From contig NC_092670.1 in NCBI RefSeq assembly GCF_964355755.1, positions 34,770,388 through 34,834,387 on the forward strand: 64,000 nt of DNA, given 5' to 3'. A program made the position numbers and the translations under genes. The notes below the pieces were generated by a model, which was not told where the DNA came from, did not search any database, and was given only the letters and a program-made list of their open reading frames with translations. Below are positions 13,086-23,794 of the stretch, piece after piece. Source of the stretch: Antedon mediterranea. Lineage: Eukaryota > Animalia > Echinodermata. Position 1 is the stretch's first letter. Every line of letters starts with the position of its first letter.

Positions 13086-15046
13086 TTAAGAAATTTCACC
13101 TTCAGTTAATTCAACTTCTTTCTGATGTCTGCTTGTTGAGAGTTCACCTGTGACATCGATACTGTATTCATTGGTTTTATTACTGAAGACATTTTCATCT
13201 TCAGTGTCACCTATTCCATTCTGGTGTCTGCTTCTTGAGAGTTCATATGTGACATCGATACTGCATTCATTTGTTTTATCCACTTCATCAATACTATAAT
13301 AATCATGTGTTTTATTATAAAAAATATCGACTTGTTCTATTTCATCTTCTACTGTTTCTGGTTGTCTGTTGCTTGTTGATGGTTTCTCATTGTCTTTGAT
13401 CTCATAATAGATCACTTCACTGTCTTTATGTTGGCTCCTTGAGGTTTGTATAACTGTCAGACTGTGTTTTTGTTGTTCATCTGTGATTTTGATTCTATTT
13501 CCAGTTTCATAACTATTTTCGTTTTCAGTTCGATCTTGTTTTTTCTGCTGCATACATGTCAAGGGTTCATCTGTGACATTGATACTGCCTCCAGATGTTT
13601 CATTAGTAAAGAAATGTTCATCTTCAGTTCTACTAACTCTTTTTTGCTGTCTGCTTGTTGAGGGTTCATCTGTGAACTCAATACTGTATTCATTTATTTT
13701 ACTATTAGAAATCTTGACATCTTCCATTTCATCAGTGTTATATACCGCATTATACATGATCTGTGAAGTTGTTTGAGAATCTGCTTGTCTGTTGTTGCTT
13801 GTGGATGGTCTCTCAAAGTCTTTGATCTCATAATATATTATTTCACTGTCTGTCTGTTGGCTTCTAGAGGTTTGTCTAATTGTCACATTGTGTTCTTGTT
13901 GCTGTATACCATTGATCTCTAGAATGTCACTGTCGCTGCCACTAGTGTCACTATTTCTATGATAATATATATTCTGTGGATTATTGTAGTGTTTTCTTTT
14001 GTGTAGGTAGAGTAACACCATTAAAAAAACCCAAATATGATTGTTGATGATACCAATAGTATAGTTGTTAAGCCAGCTGTTGATGGTTCCAAAGCTAGGT
14101 CTAGAACTTCTTCATTTGCTTCTACTGTACAATTGATGTATAAGAATGAAACGAACACATTTGTTTCATCTGACCTGTTCTGAACATCAGTACTCACCAA
14201 ACACTTCACAGTGTAATTACCAGCTGGTAAATTGTTAAAACATCTTTTATCATTCTCTTGGTTGTCATCAACATCTGTAATTTCTTCTCCATTTAAAGTC
14301 CAAATGTAAATTGTACTATTACCAGATCCACCTTCTGTGTAGCATTTGAAGCAATTTGTATCCACATGAACCTCTGGTGATTTGTTAAACCTCTTTATTT
14401 TTACAATTAATTGAGGATAGACCTTCTGTATCAATGTGTAGCACTCATAATATATGATTGTGAAATAATCCTCCATGGAACAGCAAAAGAATATCCCATC
14501 TCCAGCTTGGAAACCAGTTAATGTCTGATGAAAATATAAGGTTGTTCTTCTCTTTATATTATCATGTAACTGCATATTCATATATTGTCCTTGAATCCAT
14601 CCCATTAATAATGATGTATTTAATGCAGATCGGGATCCTGTTGTGCATGTGACTCTAACTTCTTCTGTTTCAAAAATGTTTTTGAAATTTTCACATTTAA
14701 TATTCGTATACGTAAATTCAAAACCAGCTAACCAACTAACTTCAGTGGGAACCACATAGTGTTTATCCTCATCATCTTGACATAAGTATATTCCTATATT
14801 TTGTTTTACATTAAAATATATAAACAGATTACAGTTCACTGTATTATTTTTGTCAGGATATTTTCCAAAAATTTGTCCTTTGAACTGTTTACTTGTTGGT
14901 AGTATTGCTAGACGATGAATATTATTAGTAGTAAATAGTTTAGGCGCATGAGAGTGAGACCACATTACAACATGACCTGGTACAATACTGACACCTGAGA
15001 AGCAAACCACTGCTACAAAGATAATAAAAATTAATGCTCTAGTCAT
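13086..15046 (-). pseudogene. Ig-like receptor copy B2 with a 1-nt frameshift in the TM poly-T run (may be intact if this is a sequencing error)
   Basis: ORFs 14021-15046 and 13086-14021 abut. B2 reads GGG TTT TTT TAA TG where B1 and B3 read GGT TTT TTT TTA ATG. Confidence 0.75.
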
Positions 15047-15401
15047 TCTACTATATTCACCTCCTCAAAATTCTATGTGATTTTAGTGTAATTCAACTAT
15101 TGTGATCTTGTAAAATACGATCAAATGAATTCTTCATAAATAAATTGTGCCTGTAGTCTGAATTGGAAACAAATTATTATGCTGCTTTCGGTTGATAAAC
15201 ATTTATCTTATTTCTTGATCTTATATTATAGATGATTTATAGAGTATCTAGAGATTCTATTTTTATATATTTGATTAGTAGTCTACTTTAAACTCTAATT
15301 ATTATTTTTGAACGATTGTGTAACAAAATTTTAATAGAGTATTTTCTAAAAAGCAAGGTAACAAAATTGATACTTGTAAATGTATCCTATATTAATTTCC
15401 A

Positions 15402-16385
15402 TAGTCTGGGTTCCAAACGGAGTTTTGTCTTAATATTAGTAAAAAGATAAATATTTTGGCACATATGGCGTTTCATACGTATACTACAGTACTTGATTTT
15501 GGATACTCCGTCTGGGGAAACACGCACAAGTCACGTGGTTTGACACCAAGAATTCTTGGTGCATACGATTATCCGGTTGACTAGTTTCAGCTGCATGCGA
15601 TTGGCTACTCACTCGTACACCGTTTTAATATTCATATTTCAGAATTTCAAAGTCTCAACAACTAAGATGATGCGCATGCGCTATGGTATGTACTTTGGTA
15701 CATTTATGAAAGTTTCTGAAGGCTAGAAATTATTTTATATGCCTAGTAGTCTGGTAAACATTTGATGGGATTTTTCCCAAGAACATGAAAACTCGTCTTG
15801 ATATGATAGGCTAGCTTCTCCGCAAATCAAACATTGAATGGATCATTTATTACGCGGAGATAATTTTGATTTAATTCTCACCCAGACCATAGAGATATTA
15901 TAATATCTCTATGCCCAGACCCTGTCCTGTTCTGTGTGGTGGTGTAGCCCTGTTGTTGTGTGCCGCCGGTGGTGGTATGTAGGAGGCCTACTTTATTGGC
16001 GTTTTATTTGGCAGGTCATACGTGCGAATTTAGGACCTACGAAAGAGGCCTAGGCCAAGGACTAAACAATTAATAAACAAAACAACTTGGCATTACGATT
16101 TTATATTTCAACAGTCTCGATCGTACATTCAGCACTGTACGTACTCGATATTTTTAATTTTGAAACAAAATGATCATTGGTTGATTCGAAATCCATATTT
16201 ACATACCGCCCGCCCCATATAGCCAAATACGGTATGATAACCTACGTCATTCTTATCGGATGTTTGCGGTCTGCAAATCGATTTCTATACGTATTTCACA
16301 AGTCTGTATTTTCAGCCAAGAATCGCGGTCGAAATAAAAACAAATAAATAAAAAAAAAAGTTAATACAGACTTGGGGCAAGTCTA
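15402..16385. mobile_element. Non-autonomous DNA transposon, AcademH-like (TAG...CTA ends, 9-bp TSD)
   Basis: TSD taatttcca at 15393-15401 and 16386-16394; empty paralogous site near 30324; ends TAGTCTGGG and AGACTTGGGGCAAGTCTA. Family assignment is inferred from the end and TSD pattern. Confidence 0.7.
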
Positions 16386-16939
16386 TAATTTCCATAGCAT
16401 GTGAGCAAGATTTATTTTAACAATTTGTGATAAATACTGTATTAGATATGAACCAATGTAATTCTATTATCTAAACCAAGAGCTTGTAACTTATTAATTA
16501 GAAAATGATAAAATGTATGAAGGATGCACATGTCAGAACAAATTTCCCATTTTCACACACGCTCTCGCCGTATAGCCATCGTGAATTCACTGTGACGTCA
16601 CTGTTGCATTGGAAAATATACTGAGTGAGTTTTCACTGCCATGCAAGTAGGTAGGTATTCGTCAAATTACTAGATCTAGTAATGTTTTACTACTTCTCCT
16701 TTTGTATCTGGTTACAATAATAGTAATAATGTGTATGATATTCTCTCTTTATTTCCAAAAAATACAAAAATATTGACTTTATATCTTGTGCCAAATGGCC
16801 AAATTGAATGTAAAAATCATGCCAAAAATACCTCATAAAATGTAAAATAATCAAGACAGCATTAAAAATGTAAAAAAAGTTTTAAAAAACAAAAGAAACA
16901 GGCATATAAAACATCAAAAGTCAAAAAAGGCAAGAGCAG

Positions 16940-17640
16940 TAGCAAGTCAGCAGCGAAGGTAAAATTGAATCAAAATTGAGAATTTAATAATTTGATGAAC
17001 AACGGTACAGGAATATTAGCAAATCTAGTTGCTTTAGTGACTAGTTGGGTAATTTTGTTTTTATTTCTTTTAAATTCCTACCATGACAACCAACCTAGTC
17101 GGTGGAATAAGATCAGCAGTCTGTTTGATCTTGGAAAGATCCTTGGCATACTTCCGACAATGCTCTACCCCTCTATGAGCCAACGTTGCAAGTTTAAAAA
17201 ATTCAAAGGCGCCAAAGTATGAAGAGTAACAATTACCTAAAATAATTCAGCAAGCCCACTTTTGCACATTTTCAATATAATCACTTAATCTACTGGTCAA
17301 GCCAGGATCCCATACTACATCAACATACTCCATCAACATACTCCATAACTGGAATAATATACCCACAAAATGTCCTTTTTAAGCTCTACACCAAATCAAA
17401 TCGTTTTAATGATCGTAAGAGAATCTGGGTCATGCTACAGTAAATCCAAGAACCAAAATGCGTAGTTACTTTTCAGGAGGTTTCCTCCTTTTGTAAGAAT
17501 AAACAATCCATTGACAACTATATTTACAAGTCTGTAAACTCCAACGCCTAGAATAAAGCATTTACTAATAATATCATGCCCACTCATGAAAAAAAAGGTG
17601 ACAAAGGTTCACGATTAACAAATGTTGTAAACTACGAATA
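16940..17640 (-). mobile_element. Decayed LINE 3' relic (duplicated at ~30890-31560, partial at ~29560-29880)
   Basis: Minus-strand reading IIPVMEYVDVVWDPG resembles the PxLEYxxxVWxP motif C-terminal to LINE RT. Confidence 0.45.
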
Positions 17641-17754
17641 CATCCTGATCCGTGGGGACAAACATTCTTTCACTTTAATACTATTAGTCATTTGTTTGTT
17701 TTTTTTTATTAGAAATCGTAACATGTTTCATTGATGTTATATTTCTCATCAATA

Positions 17755-17895
17755 ATCTCTGTCTACACTATATCAACCTAGTTTAACAAAAAAGTGTGAT
17801 GTGCCCAAATATGGTAGTGATATGACATCATCATGTTCATATATGTGCACATCACATTTTTTTGTCACATAAAGTTTGATAGTGTAGACAGAGCT
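17755..17895. mobile_element. ~140-bp MITE family (TIR agctctgtctacactatcaaact)
   Basis: Inverted ends; further copies at 31676-31798, 44355-44502 and 46966-47134; partial copies near 30121, 36075 and 39397. Confidence 0.85.
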
Positions 17896-19143
17896 TTACA
17901 TCTGTGAATCATCGTTTTGTGTTTCTTCTGCTTGTCTGTTGTTGCTTGTTGATGGTTCTTTAATATCATAATAGATCACTTCACTGTCTGTCTGTTGGCC
18001 TCTAAAGGTTTGTCCAATTGTCACATTGTGTCTTTGTTGTTGCATTGCATGGACATCTGGAATGTCACTGTCACTATTGTCACTGTTTCTTCTATAATAA
18101 ACAGGCTCTGGCTTCTGGTGCTTTCTTTTGTGTAGGTAAAGCAGCACCATTATAAGAAACCCAAATATGGTTGTTGATGATGCCAATAGTATAGTTATTA
18201 AACTAGGGACTCTTTCATTTGCTTTTACAATTGATGTAGAGGGATAAACAAAAACATTTATCTCATTAGACCTTTTCTGTACATCAGTAATCACCAGACA
18301 CTTGACAGTGTAATTACCAGCTGGTAAATTGTTGAAGCATCTTTCATTATTCTCTTGGTTGTGATCATCCACTGTACAATCTTCTCCATTTAAATTCCAT
18401 TTGTAAATTTTCATTTTACCAGATCCACCTTCTGCATAGCATTTGAAACAGTTTTTATCCAAAGGTAGTTCAGGTGTTTCATACAATCTTTTTATTGTCA
18501 CAATTAGTTGAGGGTGAACATTTAGTATTATTGTGGAGCACCTATATCTTATTGAATTAGAAAGCGTTTTAAAAATGCAATAAAAGAATATACCATCTCC
18601 AGTTTGAAAACCAGTCAAAGTGTGGTTAAAGCTTGAGTTAGCCAATACATTATGTGACTGTATAGTGTTGTTTCTTCCTTGGATCCATCCAGTTGTGAGT
18701 TTGTGTACCTCTTGCTCAGTTTGATCATCATTTTCATTTATTAAGATACATGTATTATTTACTTGTTCACCTTCAATGATGTTCTCAGAATCACATGAAG
18801 CTTTCAGCTTTGATTCTTTGATATGATAAACTCGAAGATTTGATGGAACTAAACAATGTTTATTTTCACTATCTTGACATGTGTATATTCCTTCATTTTG
18901 TTGTACATTGAAAGATATCAACAATTGACAATTCACTGTTTTGTCATAAGCAGGATATTTCTGAGTATACCTGCCAAACTGTTGAGTTGATGGTAGTATT
19001 TCTAGATGATACAAATTATGGCTTTCTGTATCAGCTCTATAATTCCACCATACAGCATTATCAGTGACAATGACATCCAACATACAAACCACTGCTACAT
19101 AGATAAGAAGAAGAGTTGACCTAGACATTTTGTAAAATATCAT
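17896..19143 (-). CDS. Ig-like receptor copy A2 (415 aa): A1-type ectodomain with D-type TM and tail
   Basis: Near identical to A1 up to YTVKCLV, then near identical to the C-terminus of ORF 31799-32833; tail motif VIYYDI. Confidence 0.85.
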   Translation of the reverse strand: MIFYKMSRSTLLLIYVAVVCMLDVIVTDNAVWWNYRADTESHNLYHLEILPSTQQFGRYTQKYPAYDKTVNCQLLISFNVQQNEGIYTCQDSENKHCLVPSNLRVYHIKESKLKASCDSENIIEGEQVNNTCILINENDDQTEQEVHKLTTGWIQGRNNTIQSHNVLANSSFNHTLTGFQTGDGIFFYCIFKTLSNSIRYRCSTIILNVHPQLIVTIKRLYETPELPLDKNCFKCYAEGGSGKMKIYKWNLNGEDCTVDDHNQENNERCFNNLPAGNYTVKCLVITDVQKRSNEINVFVYPSTSIVKANERVPSLITILLASSTTIFGFLIMVLLYLHKRKHQKPEPVYYRRNSDNSDSDIPDVHAMQQQRHNVTIGQTFRGQQTDSEVIYYDIKEPSTSNNRQAEETQNDDSQM

Positions 19144-20699
19144 GAGATCTCAATGTTAATAGTATACTATAACCTCAAACAATGTTGCAACAAGGAAAAA
19201 TAAAAATGTTTAGTTTCATAAATTAATATAGGAAACTGCAGTATAACTATTGTTTCCTTCATTATATTATGATTTTATGACCTCAGATATTATTTTTAGA
19301 TAATGTTGATTGTTGAACCTGTGGTTGTATAATAGCCATAGTTGTCCTATTTATACAAATACTTTGCCTTGAGAGTATTTAGGAGTATCTATTCTAAATT
19401 AGTACTACCAATTACAAATTAACTTAAAATATACAGAATGCCTATTTTTAGTACCTTTTTCATATTAATTTAAATTTAAATCTACTAAACTAGTTAATAC
19501 TGAGTATAAAACTAAGTATAATTATGCATTAATTCAATGAAAAATTGAGTGCTCTATTTTTAACTCGGCTCCGCCTTGAAAATATTCTCAGTTATTCTCC
19601 TACTTATATACATTGATTATTTGTATACTAACGAACAAAAATATATTTACGGTATTAGACACTTTTTCTGTAGTCAACTCTAACAAAAATCAGACTTTTT
19701 GACGATTAGTAAATTTCAGTATTCACACTTTCATAAGTTGATAAGGTTTCAATTTCTTTCTTACTATTTAGTATTATATATTCTAAAAAGACTTTCTGGA
19801 AAATTCAAAATGTTTTCATCAGTTTTGCTACTAGGTCTGTTTTACTTTTTAGGTAAACTACTACTAAATATTCTGCATATGTTTACCATTAGTGATTAAT
19901 TTATGCTTAGGCTTAGTCTATTTTTAAATGCTAAAAACATATATTACATTGTGCTTTTTAAAAATTTCACCACAAACAATCTTATATAAACTTTAAAAAG
20001 CTTGCTTCGTACCTTCCAATTATGTATAAAATTAAAATCAGCTTCTTCTTTTTTTATCTCCAAAATTCAGAGTAAATGTATTGGATACAACATAATGTTA
20101 ATCCCATGATCTTGAATTAACAAATTTATAAATAATTTATCTCTACTTTACTTTACTTTAATTTATCAATGAGTAGATTTGATACTTGAAATATAAAAAG
20201 TAAAATTTAAAAATATGATTGGAATTTACCGTTTAGAAATTACATATTTAAACTATATTGATAATTTGTATGGAAATTAGCTCCGTCTTATATGTAAACA
20301 CAAAAGTAGTTAGTAATTTGGGTATTTATAAAGTGTTCATCTTAGAAGAAATGTTAAGCTGTATGGTTATTTTTTTCTATTGTCTGCTTGTTGAATGTTC
20401 TGTGACATCGATACTGCATTCATTATTTGTTTTATTACTGAAGACATTTTCATCTTCATTGTCATCTATTCCATTCTGATGACTGCTTCTTGAGAGTTCA
20501 TCTGTGACATCGATACTGCATTCATTTGTTTATTACTGAAGACATTTTCATTTTCAGTGTCACCTATTCCATTCTGGTATCTGCTTGTTGAAAGTTCACC
20601 TGTGACATCGATACTGCGTTCATTTATTTTATTACTGAAGACAATTTCATCCTAAGTTTTATCCACTTCATCAATACTATAAGAGCCATGTGTTTTATT

Positions 20700-22423
20700 T
20701 TAAAAAATATCGACTTGATCTATTTCATCTTCTACTGTTTCTGGTTGTCTGTTGCTTGTGGATGGTTTCTCATTGTCTTTGATCTCATAATAGATCACTT
20801 CACTGTCTTTATGTTGACTTCTTGAAGTTTGTCTAGTTGTCAGACTGTGTTTTTGTTGTTCATCTGTGATTTTGATACTGTTTCCAGTTTCATTACTATT
20901 TTTGTTTTCAGTTCGATCTTGTTTTTTCTGCTGCATGCTTGTCGATGATTCATCTGTGACATTGATACTGCCTCCAGATGTTTCATTAGTAAAGAAATGT
21001 TCATCTTCAGTTCTACTAACTCCTTTTTGCTGTCTGCTTGTTGAGGGTTCATCTGTGAATTCAATACTGTATTCATTTATTTTACTATTAGAAATCTTGA
21101 CATCTTCCATTTCATCAGTGTTATATACCGCGTTATACATGATTTGTGAAGTCGTTTGAGAATCCGTTTGTCTGTTGCTGCTTGTGGATGGTTTCTCATT
21201 GTCTTTGATCTCATAATAGATCACTTCACTGTCCGTCTGTTGGCTTCTAGAGGTTTGTCTAATTGTCACATTGTGTCCTTGTTGCTGTATACCATTGATC
21301 TCTAGAATTTCACTGTCGCTGCCACTAGTGTCACTATTTCTATGATAATATATATTCTGTGGATTATTGTAGTGTTTTCTTTTGTGTAGGTAAAGTAACA
21401 CCATTAAAAAAAAACCAAATATGATTGTCGATGATACCAATAGTATAGTTGTTAAGCCAGCTGTTGATGGTTCCAAAGCTAGGCCTAGAACTTCTTCATT
21501 TGCTTCTACAATTGATGTATAAGGATGAACGAACACATTTGTTTCATCTGACCTGTTCTGAACATCAGTACTCACCAAACACTTCACAGTGTAATTACCA
21601 GCTGGTAAATTGTTAAAACATCTTTTATCATTCTCTTGGTTGTCATCAACATCTGTAATTTCTTCTCCATTTAAAGTCCAAATGTAAATTGTACTATTAC
21701 CATATCCACCTTCTGTGTAGCATTTGAAGCAATTTGTATCCACATGAACCTCTGGTGATTCGTTAAACCTCTTTATTTTTACAATTAATTGAGGATAGAC
21801 CTTCTGTATCAATGTGTAGCACTCATAATATATGATTGTGAAATAATCCTCCATGGAACAGCAAAAGAATATCCCATCTCCAGCTTGGAAACCAGTTAAT
21901 GTCTGATCAAAATATAAGGTTGTTCTTCTCTTTATATTATCATGTAGCTGCATATTCATATATTGTCCTTGAATCCATCCCATTAATAATGATGTATTTA
22001 ATGCAGATCGGGATCCTGTTGTGCATGTGACTCTAACTTCTTCTGTTTCAAAAATGTTTTTGAAATTTTCACATTTAATATTCGTATACGTAAATTCAAA
22101 ACCAGCTAACCAACTAACTTCAGTGGGAACCACATAGTGTTTATCCTCATCATTTGACATAAGTATATTCCTATATTTTGTTGTACATTAAAATATATAA
22201 ACAGATTACAGTTCACTGTATTATTTTTGTCAGGATATTTTCCAAAAATTTGTCCTTTGAACTGTTTACTTGTTGGTAGTATTGCTAGACGATGAATATT
22301 ATTAGTAGTAAATAGTTTAGGCGCATGAGAGTGAGACCACATTACAACATTACCTGGTACAGTACTGACACCTGAGAAGCAAACCACTGCTACAAAGATA
22401 ATAAAAATTAATGCTCTAGTCAT
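20700..22423 (-). pseudogene. Ig-like receptor copy B3 with an early frameshift and a late nonsense change
   Basis: 1-nt deletion near 22154 (catcatttgac vs catcatcttgac in B1 and B2); TAT to TAA at 20700; tail with VIYYEI twice and IMYNAV. Confidence 0.78.
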
Positions 22424-23794
22424 TCTACTATATTAACCTCTTCAAAATTCTATGTGATTTTAGTGTAATTCAACTATTGTGATCTTGTAAAATACGATCA
22501 AATGAATTATGTATAAATAAATTGTGCCTGGCGTCTAAATTGGAAACAAATTATTATGCTGCTTTCGGTTGATAAACATTTATCTTATTTCTTGATCTTA
22601 TATTATAGATGATTTATAGAGTATCTAGAGATTCTATTTTTATATATTTGATTAGTAGTCTACTTTAAACTCTAATTATTATTTTTGAACGATTGTGTAA
22701 CAAAATTAAAATAGCAGAATATTTTCAAAAAAGCAATGTAAAAAAATTGATCCCTTTAATGTATCCTATATATATGATATATAATTTTCATAGCATGAGC
22801 AAAGTTTATTTTAACAATTTGTGATCTGTATTAGATATCAACCGTAGTAATTCTAGTGTCTAAACCAAGAGCTTGTAACTTATTAATTAGAAAAGGATAA
22901 AATGTATGAAGGATGGACATATTAATAGAACAATTACGAAATTTCCAATTTCCACACGCACTCTCATCGTACAGCCATAGTGAATTGACTGTGACGTCAC
23001 TGATGCATTGGAAAATCTACTGGGTGAGTTTTCACTGAGTAAGTTGTTAACATGCAAGTATGTATTCGTCAAATTATTAGATCTAGTAATACTTTATTAA
23101 TGTTTATCGCTTTTATATCTGGGCTGTATCACGTTACAGGGACCAAAATGTGTAGTTATATTCTGTCTTTATTTCCAAAAAATACAAAAATACTGACCAA
23201 CTTTACATCTCATGGCCAAATTGAATATAAAAAACATCTAAAGTCTATATATATCGTGCCTGCTTACCTGGATAAACACGACATAAGCCCTTTTCCACGA
23301 AGTGCGAAACAATTACGAAAAGAAGAATTTAGCGGTAGCTCACGTGACCTCCATGATAAATGGGACAGTCCGCTATAGCGCCCTCTAGTGGGACCACTCC
23401 CACGTAATACCGTCATCATTTCTTTTCGTATCGTCGTAGTTGACAGACACGAAGTTTTTTCGAAGAGAAGACGAATTTCAAGGAATTCTACAGACTAGAA
23501 TAGTCTAGCTAGCCGAGGCTAAGTTTAACTTTACATTATTTGATACGTTGGAATACGTTGCCGTTGTTGTTTAAACAAGGCAGAAATATCGTTTCTTATT
23601 GTTATTTTGAGAATTTGATACGTTGCAAACCGTTGACTCGCCTAGCAAGCGAGTCAGAAATAGCTTTAGAGTTCACCGGGGTCACCGGCCGAGTGTAGGC
23701 AACGCAATACAACAGAATCAGTCAGGCGCTAGGTTAAGAGACTGTTTGTTAGGTAGTTGATTGTGTGTCTGTTAGACTGGTGTTTTGCACCATC

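Noticed and set aside
16992-17222. 76-aa ORF repeated at 30935-31165 as a small conserved gene
   Set aside because: Its identity follows from the segmental duplication, it has a weak start, and it overlaps a probable LINE relic.
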